From positions 101,000 through 164,999 of the forward strand of contig CALLMM010000002.1 in the NCBI GenBank assembly GCA_938005745.1: 64,000 nucleotides of DNA, written 5' to 3'. The notes below the pieces were generated by a model that did no database searches, had not been told where the DNA came from, and saw nothing but the letters and a program-made list of their open reading frames with translations. This document shows positions 44,717 to 54,700 of this stretch, piece after piece. The stretch comes from an uncultured Chthonomonadales bacterium (GTDB taxonomy: Bacteria > Armatimonadota > Chthonomonadetes > Chthonomonadales > CAJBBX01). The position numbers and the translations under genes were made by a program. Within the stretch, counting starts at the first letter, position 1; each line of letters starts with the position of its first letter.

Positions 44717-45484
44717 CTAGTCTTCTGCTTCTCCCGCTCTTCCACCGCCGCCACCGCCGGCTCCAGGCAGTCCGCCGCCGAAGCCGGGACCGGGTCCGCC
44801 GGGCGGGAACGGCGCGCCGCCGCCAAAGCGCGGGACGTTGGACGAGCCGATATCCGTCAACGGCACGGTCTGCCGATAGGTTCGGTTGCCGACTTTCCGC
44901 TTCAGCGAGATGGACGTCGCATTAATAGACTCTACGCGGTAATCCCCCAGCATATCGCCGGGTTTTACCACGGTCTGCCCCTCCGGTCCTTCGACCAGAG
45001 CATAGACGCCCTGCCCGCTCAGGATGCCGGCGACGCGCCGGGTCGGCGTCTCGATGATCTCGACCGGCACCTCCGGCGGAGGCTCCACCTTGAAGGTCGC
45101 GATACGGATCATCGGGATCTGCGCCAGCACCGGCGGAGGCGGAGGCGTCGAGTCCCACCACGGTGCGAACGGGTCGGCGCGCCGCGCAGAGGGTCGGGCG
45201 GTCTCTTTCGGGGCTGCGCCCTGCGCGGGAGCGGCAGGCTGCGCCCCGCCGCCACCGCCGCCCATCATGCCGGGAGGCATCGCGGTGGACATCTGCCCGG
45301 CTCCGCCACCGCCCGGACTGGTCTGGGCGGGATCATCTTCTTCTTCGCGACCCCCTGTGCGGGGACCGGAAGCCGTACTGGTTGTGCCGGTGTCCTCTCC
45401 GCCGCCGCAGCCAGCCATCACCATTCCCAGCAGTGCGGCTCCCGCCAGCAACCCCAGGAATCTTCGTTTTTTCAGCATATTCAT
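44717..45484 (-). CDS. PilP-like pilus-assembly lipoprotein with Gly-rich tail
   Basis: Lipobox-like LLGMVMAGCGG. The beta-domain RVAGILSGQGVYALVEGPEGQTVVKPGDMLGDYRVESINATSISLKR resembles the PilP/GspC HR domain. Position between PilO-like and secretin genes. Tail is GGGAPFPPGGPGPGFGGGLPGAGGGGGG. Confidence 0.5.
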   Translation of the reverse strand: MNMLKKRRFLGLLAGAALLGMVMAGCGGGEDTGTTSTASGPRTGGREEEDDPAQTSPGGGGAGQMSTAMPPGMMGGGGGGAQPAAPAQGAAPKETARPSARRADPFAPWWDSTPPPPPVLAQIPMIRIATFKVEPPPEVPVEIIETPTRRVAGILSGQGVYALVEGPEGQTVVKPGDMLGDYRVESINATSISLKRKVGNRTYRQTVPLTDIGSSNVPRFGGGAPFPPGGPGPGFGGGLPGAGGGGGGRAGEAED

Positions 45485-45519
45485 CACCGTGATGTACCTC
45501 TCAGGGTAATCTGACAGTC

Positions 45520-46386
45520 CTACTCCTCGGCTAATCGCGAGGCGCCGCCCATGGATCCCATCGCGCCGCCGCCGCCCGGCGCCCCCCTGCCGCCCGGCGC
45601 GCCGGAGAAGCCGCCCGGTCCGGGCATGCCGCCGGGGAAGCCAGGGAAGCCGCCGCCAAAGCCGCCGCTGCCGCCCTGCTGTCCGCCGATACGCGGCTCC
45701 ACCGGAGGAATGGCATCGCGCACGATAATCGTGAGCGTTACATCATACTGCGCGATCAGGTTGGGGCTGTTTCCCGCCAGCTGGAAGTTCTCTATCGTCG
45801 GAACTCCCATGCCGCGAACGCCCTGCCATGCGCGAATATGATCCATCAGGGCGCGAATGCTGCGCGCCCGCACAGTCATCGGAAAGCGGTAGTGAATCGT
45901 TCCGTTCTCTCCCAGCCCCTCTCCCGGAAACATTCCCGCCTGGATGGTGTTGGGATCGGGACCATACGGACCCAGCCGCAGGACGCCGGGGTTCTCCCAT
46001 ACGATTCCCCGCGCCTTCTGCTCCTGCGCCATGTGCGCCCGGTAGGTGCGGATGAACCGCTCGGGCCACGAACGACCACTGTTGGGCCAGAACACCGTCC
46101 GCATGGTGGACAGGCGGTCGTTCGTATAGCCGAGTATCGGCATGTACTGCGCCTCAAACTGCGCGTACTGCGCCGTGGCGTCCGCCTTGTCCTTCTCCGC
46201 CTTCTCCTTATTTCGCCTGGCGGCGGGCAACTTATCGGCGCGCTCCTTGACGCCGTTGTACGCGACCTGGTTCTCCTCGATCTGCTTGTTCGCGGGCTGG
46301 ATCAGGAAATAGTAGAGCGCGCCAGCCACGATCAGCGCCACCACCGCGCCAATGATGTTGATGTGAAGCATCGTCAGCTTGCCCAT
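45520..46386 (-). CDS. pilO: PilO-like pilus-assembly protein with Gly-rich tail
   Basis: Single N-terminal TM helix, a coiled-coil segment (QPANKQIEENQVAYNGVKERADKL...) and a folded core. Position directly after PilN. Tail is GGQQGGSGGFGGGFPGFPGGMPGPGGFSGAPGGRGAPGGGGAMGSMGG. Confidence 0.55.
   Translation of the reverse strand: MGKLTMLHINIIGAVVALIVAGALYYFLIQPANKQIEENQVAYNGVKERADKLPAARRNKEKAEKDKADATAQYAQFEAQYMPILGYTNDRLSTMRTVFWPNSGRSWPERFIRTYRAHMAQEQKARGIVWENPGVLRLGPYGPDPNTIQAGMFPGEGLGENGTIHYRFPMTVRARSIRALMDHIRAWQGVRGMGVPTIENFQLAGNSPNLIAQYDVTLTIIVRDAIPPVEPRIGGQQGGSGGFGGGFPGFPGGMPGPGGFSGAPGGRGAPGGGGAMGSMGGASRLAEE
45543..45633. repeat. 91-nt repeat copy A (pilO 3' end), 86/91 identical to 46408-46498
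   Basis: Hand alignment of the two segments gives 5 mismatches and no gaps. Confidence 0.85.
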
Positions 46387-46399
46387 CTACTCTCTCCTC

Positions 46400-47218
46400 T
46401 TATTTCCCGCCGCCCATAGATCCCATCGCGCCGCCGCCGCCCGGTGCACCGCCGCCGCCCGGCGCGCCGGAGAAGCCGCCCGGTCCGGGCATGCCGCCCA
46501 TGCCGGAGTAGCCGCCCATACCCGGCATGCCCGGGAAGCCGCCGCCACCGCCGAAGCCGCCTCCGCCGCCTCCGCCCGCGCCGGGCGGATAGGAAGGCGC
46601 CGGCGGAAGCGGATTCACCAGACGCATGGTCACCGTAAAGTCGTGTCCGGTTATCCCCGGCGGGCGCAGGCTCGATCCCTGCTGCTGGGTCCCGAAGCCA
46701 CCCTGCTGCTGACCGGTCGTTCCGACGGGGAAGCCGGGAATAGAGTTCATGGCAATCGAGACGTTGCTGATGTTCGGGTTATTCCGCATCCAGCGCAGGT
46801 ATTCACCCACCACCGCCAGACTGGGCGCCCAGGCGCTGATGGTAACGGTGTCCCCCCGCGGCTGGAACGAACTGTAGAGAACGTCCCGGTAGGTGTACTC
46901 CTGAACGCTGCTGATCGCCTTCGGATAGGTCTCCTGAATATGGGTGCGCGCGTTCTGCACGAAGTCGCGCTTGCCGCGTATCTTTTCCGACTCGGCGTTG
47001 ATACTGTTCGCCTCGTTCTGCAGCCTGTCCGCCAGATCCGCGTCCGGGCGTATCTTCTCGGTATCCTCTTTGATCTGCGCCGCATGTGCGTTGAGGGCGG
47101 AGGTCCAGAACAGGAACCCGCCGACCACCGCCAGCACAATCACCGACCAGAGGATCATCAGATTGCGCCGTTTCGCTGGCTCATAGATATAGGGCGGTAG
47201 GAGGTTAATTTTCAACAT
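46400..47218 (-). CDS. pilN: PilN (fimbrial assembly) protein with Gly-rich tail
   Basis: MLKINLLPPY... is the canonical PilN N-terminus that binds PilM. TM helix and coiled coil follow. The roughly 70-aa tail reads PGAGGGGGGGFGGGGGFPGMPGMGGYSGMGGMPGPGGFSGAPGGGGAPGGGGAMGSMGGGK. Confidence 0.8.
   Translation of the reverse strand: MLKINLLPPYIYEPAKRRNLMILWSVIVLAVVGGFLFWTSALNAHAAQIKEDTEKIRPDADLADRLQNEANSINAESEKIRGKRDFVQNARTHIQETYPKAISSVQEYTYRDVLYSSFQPRGDTVTISAWAPSLAVVGEYLRWMRNNPNISNVSIAMNSIPGFPVGTTGQQQGGFGTQQQGSSLRPPGITGHDFTVTMRLVNPLPPAPSYPPGAGGGGGGGFGGGGGFPGMPGMGGYSGMGGMPGPGGFSGAPGGGGAPGGGGAMGSMGGGK
46408..46498. repeat. 91-nt repeat copy B (pilN 3' end)
   Basis: See copy A. Both encode GMPGPGGFSGAPGG(G/R)GAPGGGGAMGSMGG. 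Confidence 0.85.
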
Positions 47219-47235
47219 GGATGTCGTTACTCTCC

Positions 47236-48561
47236 TTACTTCTTTCCGCGCTTGCCGCCGGCGGCAGCTGTTGCCGGAGCCTGTACCATCTCGCGGGCGG
47301 CGAGTCCGATCGCCACCACGAAAGAGGGACCGATCTCACGCGCATACTCCGGTGAGAAGTTGCGCGAGGCAAGGCTTGCCAGCTGGAACGGATCGGCGAC
47401 GCGCGTCGGAATTCCCAGATCGGACTGCAGCAACTGATCCAGGTTCTTCAGATTGGCGGAACCGCCGCACAACAGTATCTCATCAATGCGCCCGTCCGCC
47501 GAGCGTCCACGGTAGTACTCTACCGAACGGCGAAGCTCGGTCAGCAGTTCGCTGAGCACCGGCGCGATGGCATTGAAGACCGCCACCTTCTGCGGGTCGT
47601 GCTCGGCAGCGGGCGCGCTCGGCTCCGGAGTAATACTCGCCTCAAAGGAGGGCGCAGGCGCAGACTCCTCCATGCCGGTCGGAGCGGTATCCGAAGGATC
47701 GGAGAAGTCGAACGGCATCCGATCCGGCGGCGGGGGCGCGGCGGTCGGAGAGGGGAGCGAGAAGTCCAGGAAGCCCTCCTCCTGCGCCGGAGCCTGTGGC
47801 TGTCCGACCTGATCCAGGATCACCTCCCCGAATTTGCGTTTCAACTCCTCCGCCTGTTCCGGCGTCACTCCTAGCTGCTGCGCGATATTGTGCGTCATCA
47901 TATCTCCCGCCATGGGCAGCACGCGCGGGAACGAGAGAATGCCGTTGCGGAACACGCCGATATCGGTGCTGCTGGCTCCGATATTGACGATCACGACCGT
48001 TCGTTCGCCGTAAGGATTCGGTCCCAGTTCCACCAGACAGCGGTTGGCAGCCAGCGGCTCCACATCTATCGCCTTGGGCTTCAACCCTGCCGCCAGAAGC
48101 ATCTGCACATGTCGGTCAATCATATCCTGCTGCGCAACCGCCAGCAGAACCTCCATGTTCGGGGCGTCGGGCGGGGCGTCCGGGCGAATGATGGGCTGAT
48201 AGTCCATGATCACCTCATTCGCCGCAAACGGCACATGGCGCTCCACCTCGTAACGCATCGTCTCCGCCAGCTCCGAGTCGGACATCTTCGGCACCTCGAT
48301 GACGCGCACCACCAGCGCGCCCTGCCCGGAGACGGAACTGACCGAGTCTTTGACCGTCACACCCGCCTCTTTCAGCAGGCGCTTGAGCGCGGCGCCCAGC
48401 TGCTGCGGATCCACCACCATGCCGTTTTCGAGCGTTCCGGGAGGCGTGGGAGCCATCCCCAGAGCCGTCACCGAAACGCCGCCCCGTCCGGCAGCGACCT
48501 GCGCGACCTTTATCATCTGCGAGCCGATATCTATGCCTACTCTCGGCGCACCACTAGCCAT
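47236..48561 (-). CDS. pilM: Type IV pilus assembly protein PilM (actin-like ATPase fold) with roughly 75-aa disordered insertion
   Basis: VGIDIGSQMIKVAQV..., VVNIGASSTDIGV, and ILLCGGSANLKNL are actin/FtsA-like phosphate and adenosine motifs typical of PilM. The gene is followed by pilN. Confidence 0.9.
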   Translation of the reverse strand: MASGAPRVGIDIGSQMIKVAQVAAGRGGVSVTALGMAPTPPGTLENGMVVDPQQLGAALKRLLKEAGVTVKDSVSSVSGQGALVVRVIEVPKMSDSELAETMRYEVERHVPFAANEVIMDYQPIIRPDAPPDAPNMEVLLAVAQQDMIDRHVQMLLAAGLKPKAIDVEPLAANRCLVELGPNPYGERTVVIVNIGASSTDIGVFRNGILSFPRVLPMAGDMMTHNIAQQLGVTPEQAEELKRKFGEVILDQVGQPQAPAQEEGFLDFSLPSPTAAPPPPDRMPFDFSDPSDTAPTGMEESAPAPSFEASITPEPSAPAAEHDPQKVAVFNAIAPVLSELLTELRRSVEYYRGRSADGRIDEILLCGGSANLKNLDQLLQSDLGIPTRVADPFQLASLASRNFSPEYAREIGPSFVVAIGLAAREMVQAPATAAAGGKRGKK

Positions 48562-48629
48562 GTCCTGTGAACCCCCGATGGTTAAAATGACACACGAATC
48601 CTGCGGCTCTACATATTACAGATTTCTTG

Positions 48630-48658
48630 ATTGTAGCAATTTTAACAGGGTGTGTCAA
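48630..48658 (-). promoter_or_regulatory. Near-consensus sigma70-type promoter for the pilM operon
   Basis: The minus strand reads TTGACA (48658-48653), a 17-nt spacer ending in TGc (extended -10), then TACAAT (48635-48630). It lies about 70 nt upstream of the pilM ATG, in the only AT-rich stretch of the region. Confidence 0.6.
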
Positions 48659-48734
48659 GCATGCAATATCGGAAAGCTCTATAAGCATCCTTTAGACGCG
48701 CAAAGAAGACGGCGGGTTACACCGTCCCGGTTCG

Positions 48735-48772
48735 CGGAAAAGGAAAGGGGGGGCGCGAAGACTCGCGCCCCC
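48735..48772 (-). terminator. Terminator after the 2676-aa gene
   Basis: 10-bp GC stem gggggcgcga / tcgcgccccc with a 4-nt loop. On the minus strand it is followed by CCTTTCCTTTTCC. Confidence 0.55.
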
Positions 48773-48777
48773 GACGC

Positions 48778-51700
48778 CTACGGAGCTGCCGTAAGAGGAT
48801 AGAACTGCGGACAGAGAACCGTCGAGTAGAGGTCTACGGTTCCCGCGCGTGTGCTGGACCAGAAGACCCAGACACGATCCGTCAGCGGGTCTTTGAAGGC
48901 GCTGATCTGCCCCTCGTTCACCGCCGCGTCCAGCGGCATGGCGGTCTCATTGGTCGTCTGGTCGCCGGGCTGCAGCGCCACGCTGATCTCATCGCCCCAG
49001 GCGACGCGATAGCGCGTCTCCGGCACCGTCAGCACGTTGCCCTGTGCGTCACGGGCATAGTTGAAGACGACCCGGATGTTGTCGTTGCCTTCGTCCAGCT
49101 CCGTAAAGTAGAGGCGTCCGCGCACCCAGTCCACCTCCACCGGTCCCCGGTTTCCGGCGATCTGGATGTTGCTGCCCAGACTGTACTGACCGGTCTGGGG
49201 GTTGAAGTCGCGCAGTACGCCGCGCGGCAGGCGCACCATCAGGCGCATCGTCTTGTAGTAGATCGTCGCCGCCGAGGTGACGCCCGTCCCCGTCTTGCGA
49301 TAGAACGTCCACATCCGCGTCACCGGAACGATGCCGTTCTGCGGAAGCCCGAGGATATAGGGCGTGCGCGGGTTCGCAGAGCGGTCTATGAAGGCAACCG
49401 CTCCATAGTTCGAGCCTGCCGCCGGGACATGCGGGCGCGCGGCAAAGCCCGCGTCCGTCAGCCAGCCGGAGGGTATCTCGATGGCGCCGGAGTCGTTGCG
49501 CGTGACATTCACCCGCATCGCCTGCGGCGTATAGGTGACAAACAGACCGTCCGAGTTGCGCGGAGCCACATCCGGGAAGGTTACCGTCCCCAGCTGCGGA
49601 TCCACGATCAGTCGTCCGCCCAGCGCCGAGTTGAAGTAGAGCAGCCCGGTCGCGTTGTCGAAGGTCGGGCGTCCCTGCGTCAGCGGCGTGATCACGGAGC
49701 CGTCGGCGCGCCGCAGGCTCAGCGTGTAGGGCGGGTTGCCGTTGGCATCCACAAAGTCGCGCGTGCCCGGATCACGGAACACCCAGCCGATGTCGCGCGA
49801 CATCCAGACCTTCGAGGAGCCGTCGCGCACCATCAGCTCATTCTGCACCGCCGGAAGCGTTGTGACGAACAGCCGCCCGTTGCCTCCCAGCGTGTAGCGG
49901 GTCAGGAAGACCTCCGGCACGCGCCGATTGCGCATGACGCCGGTATAGAACAGGTCTATCGCGTCTATCAACTGTCCGCTCGCGTTGGGGATCAGCCGGC
50001 GAACCGGCAGCGGATCCGAGACCGAGATGAAGACGTTGGAGGTCGGAAGCGGAATGTCGCGCGACCAGTCGGTGACGCTGGTCAAGTCTCCGCCATTCAG
50101 GTTGTAGTAGATTCGCGAACGCCCGCTTGCGCCGCCGTACCAGAACAGGTAGGCGCGCCGCCGTCCGTTCACATCGGTCATCAGCAGCGGCTTCGGCGCG
50201 AACTTGGGCAGCGCGGGGTCGTTGAGGAAGGAGAATGGCACGCCGCCGTTGACCGTCGTATCGGGAGCCAGCGTATTGCGATCCAGCGGCACATAGAACG
50301 TGCGCGTATCAATCGTCGTGCTGCCGCCCTCGCGCTTGGTCACCGCGCCCTGCCAGAAGAGCCACGTGTCCAGATTGTTGACCGGAGCCAGGTCGTCCTG
50401 CGCCAGCGCGGGCGTGGCGTGGCGCACGTCGTAGTACTCTGCCGAGCCGTTGACCGGAAGCGTTACGAGCCGCCCCGGAACCAGCGGCGTATTGGGGTTG
50501 CCCGCCACCTCGGTCTGATTCGCCGGGAACAGTCGGGGCGTCAGTCCGGAGGCGACGCTGGCGTCCGGATACTGCGCGGACGCGCTCAGCGGCATCCACC
50601 AGCGCGTATTGCCCGGCTCAAACCGCCAGTCGAGAACCGTTCCGTTGTTGTTCGCCACCGCGTTCAGCCGCGTGAAGAACAGGGTCCACGGGCTGCCCCA
50701 CAGCGGCTCCGGCGGGCGGTTGTCGTTGAGGCGGTTGCTCGCCCAGAAGAGCGCGATGTGCCCGGTGCGCCGGTCGCGGATCGCCGCCGGAAGCAGGTTC
50801 GCTCCGAAGGCGGGCAGGCTGCCCCGCACATCAATCATCGGGAAGGTGCCGGGAGTCGTTCCGTTGGTCAGGCGCGTCTCGCGCACCGTCACCTTCAGCC
50901 GGAAGGGGTTGGACACCACCGGCTCCACCGGCGATGCGCGTCCGCCGTTGACGGCGATATTCAGGATACCGTCGTCGTCCTGCGCCGCCGCCACCGGACT
51001 GACCGGATTGCCCGTCAACTGCTGATAGGCTGCCAGCCACTGACGCCACGCCGTCGGCGTGAAGTCCTCGAACAGGTAGATCGGCGTGGTGTAGGTTCCG
51101 GCGGGAGTGCCCAGCGGAATGGCGATGCCGATCTTCGGGCGCACTTCGCGCCCCGGCACGCCGTTGCCGCCGGTGGTCAGCGTCCCGAGCACGCCCAGCG
51201 GATCGCCATACGCCACATCCGGGATCGAGAGCACCGTCGGGGCGGCGTCGCCCGGGCGCGCCTTGTGCAGGGTCGGGCGCGGATTGATTCCGGGCGCCCA
51301 CCCCTGACTCACCAGCGGGTTGCCAGCCTGCACATAGGGGTTGCCGCTCGGGAACAGCGCGGCGGGCAGACCCAGGGGCCAGAAGTTCTCGGTGCCGAAT
51401 CGCGCGTTGTAGTTGATCTCGATATCGAAGACATTCGATCCCGAGGCGACCGTGCGACCGTGGTCGAGCGAGGTGACCATGCCCAGATTGCCCACCGCCG
51501 GAAGACCGATCAGGTTAAACGGAACCGTCCAGATCTGCCCGACGCCGGTCAGCGTCTCCACCTGATCGCTGGTCATGCTTCCCCAGAAGCTCGGATCGGA
51601 GATGCTGGAGCCGGGCGCGCCGATCATCTTGGCGACGCGCAGGTTCACCAGGTTGACATTCCCCTCGTTCTTGACGGTGAACGGCGCGAAGAACCGCGTC

Positions 51701-54700
51701 TGTCCCGGCGTATCCCACGGCGAGAGGAAGGCGTTCAGCGGCGAGTTGCCGTTATAGGGTCCCAGGAAGCTGGGCGTGAACGGGATGTTGGGCGAGTAGC
51801 CGGTTGAATGGGGCAGACTGCCCATATCAATCGTCTCCTCTTCCGTGCGCAGACGAACATCCGGCGGGATCGCCACGCCCACATCGAGCTGCCGATAGAC
51901 CTCGTCGCGGCTGACCTGCGCCTGCTGCGCCTCGACCTGCGGCGCATTGCCGGCGAAGCGTCCGTCCCCATTGCTATCTATGTACACCACATAGCTGCCC
52001 ACATATCCGGCGCTCGGCGAGATCAGTCCGCTGATGCCGGGGATGCCGCCCGTTACCGGGTCGGTGCCGGCGGTAACCGCCATGGGAGCCATCAGCCCGT
52101 TGGGAAGTCCGACATTCACCCCGCCGGAGATGTCGAAGTAGATCCGATTGACGTTCGCCGGCTGGAATCTCGGCGCCGTCACCAGCAGATCGAGCGGCAG
52201 CGGATTGAGGGTCTTGACGCCCGTGGTCGTATCCACCGTCGGGCGCGGCAGCGGAATGCCGCGCGTGCTCATATCCACCCCGCCGCCTCGGAAGATGGAG
52301 GCGGTGCGGTCTATGTTCGGGTAGTCCAGCGAGTCGTTGGGCAGGCGGTTGGGGAAGTCTTCCCACGGCAGCGGGTTCATGACGCCCCCCGTCGCCGCGT
52401 AGAGTGCGTTGGTTTCGCCGGGGTTCCATCCCCAGCGCAATTCGCGCCGCTCCACGCGCACGTTGTTGAGCGACTGCCCCAGCTTGTAGAGGCTGCTGCG
52501 ATCGGCGATGAAGAGCGCGGGAACGCGGTTACCGTTGTTATCCACGCCCAGATACGCGCTGCTGCTGCCGTGATTGACCAGTCCGACCGGCGCAACCAGA
52601 TTCTTCTCGCCGGCGACCGTGATGCTGTTGGCAGCGATATTGACGACCCGGTTGCCGTTGGCGAGCACCTCGGTAAAGTCGGTGCCGCCGGTCGTCCAGC
52701 CAATGATATTGCGGAAGTTCGCTCCGACCGGCGTCCCGGCGGGGATGCTGCGGGTCGTCAGAGAGAACGGATGCGCCACAGCGATATTGCGGCGGTTATT
52801 GTTCGGCAGATCGTTGGGATCCTGTCCGGGAGCCGGGTTCGGATTGCCCAGCACCACCGAAGCCTGCCCCGCCGCAAGCTGGAAGGTCGGGAAGGTCGCC
52901 CCGCCCGGCGTCTGGATCTGCGCCTGCGCGAAGACGGTGTAGCGACGTCCGGGAGTCTGCGGATCGGCTTCGCTGCCGCGTCCGAGCGGGAAGGCGTACT
53001 TCGCCACCCAGGGAGTCGCCGGGTCTCCATTGAGGGTCAGGGGCGGACCGGCGTATGCGAGATCGCGCACCGCTCCGACCGTCACCGGCGGGCGGTTGGT
53101 TCCGGCTCCCGTCAGACGGAAGGTAACCTGCGGCAGCACCGGACCGGTATAGACGCCCCACGCCGCCACGTAGATGGTGTCGCCGTACTCATAGATCGTA
53201 AACCCGCCCTGACTGTTGGGCTTGGTGTTGTTGGCGTTCCACTCTGTCCAGGGTGAACGTTGAATCATCGGGTCGTTGGAGCCGAAGCCCTCGTAGGGAC
53301 CGTTCGCCGGGTTGTCCCGCCGCGACTCCCACAGCTCCACCAGCCGCAGATCCACGTTGCCCTGTCCGGCAGGCTGCACATCCGGCTCGTCCGGCGTGAT
53401 CATCCCGATGGTGTCAATCGCATAGGCGCGCATCTGTCCGTTGCGTTCGCCGGTGTCCGGGTTCCCCTCGTCTCCGCTGTAGACCCAGCCGTTGGCGGTG
53501 GTGGCGTCCGCACCCCGGAAGGCGTTGGAGGTCGAGAAGGTCGTCAGGTTGCCGTCGGCGTCTAGCAGCGGCACGCTGCCCACGATGGCGTCCACATAGC
53601 CCCAGAAGAGACGCCCGCCCGTCCGCACGCTCAGTCCGATGATCCCGCCCGTATCCAGAGGCAGCATGATCGCCGGTCCGGCAGCCGACAGGAAGCTCGG
53701 CTGCGGGGTCAGGCTATTGAGGAAGACGGCGGAGGCGCGGGTCGCGCCGAAGGTCCGGCTCTCCCAGAGAACGGAGGGTCCGCCGACCGGGTTGTTGTTG
53801 GGGCTGGCGTCAATCGCAAGGACGCGCCCGTCCTGATTGGCGATGAAGACCACCTCGTTGCCGCCGTTGAAGCCGGAGACCGACTGCCGGTAGGCGGGCG
53901 CGGTGAAGGCGGTATCCTCGCGCGGCTGATCGCCCGGGTTGGGATTGCCGGGCGGCGCGCTGGTGTAGGGATAGGTCCACTGCAGCGTGGCGACGTTATT
54001 CGGACCGCTCCCGCTGCTGCTGATTGCGTAGACGCGCCTTCCGGCGGTGAAGATATACTTGCCGGTCGGCGTCAGCACGCCCGGCTGCACGATCGGGTCG
54101 AGCTGCTGGTTCGGTCCCGGATATTGCCAGAGCGGACGCCCGGCGTTACTCGGGTTGGAGATACGCACGCGCGGATCGAGCGACTGCAGGTCAATCGCGT
54201 AGACGTGCCCGTCTCCGGCTCCCGCGATCACCTGATCGGTGCGGAAGTTGGCGTCCAGTTTGGGCGAGGCGAGCGAGGCGTCGAAGAAGCCCTTCGCCGG
54301 ATCGTCCGGATAGCGGGCGGAGTTATAGGCTCCCGCGCCCCCGTTGATTCCTCCGGCGCGCAGCCACTTGTCGCGTCCCAGCGTGGGCCAGGTCATCACC
54401 CGGAAGGTGGTGCCGGGAATGCCGGGATTGTCGCCCGCCGCCTGCGTCGCCGCATAGGGATCGTTGGTCGCCGGGTCGAATCGTCCGACCGCGTCGAAGG
54501 CGTAGATGCGTCCGTTGCGCGCGCCGATCACGATATACTTCTCGCGCACGCTGCCGCGCGGAACCTCCACATAGATCGGAGACGAGTAGAAGCCTCCCAG
54601 ATCCGGCACCTTTGCGTTGACCGTCCAGATGTCAATCGCGCCCGGTGGCGGGTTCGGGTTGGGTCGCTGCGTCCGCTCCAGATCGCCGTCAATGCCCTGC

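Noticed and set aside
49429-51807. 792-aa plus-strand ORF, and similar ones at 51808-53256, 54124-55740 and 58617-60476
   Set aside because: They are antisense to the giant minus-strand genes and are Arg/Gly/Ala-rich with no domain signatures, so they are GC-bias artefacts.
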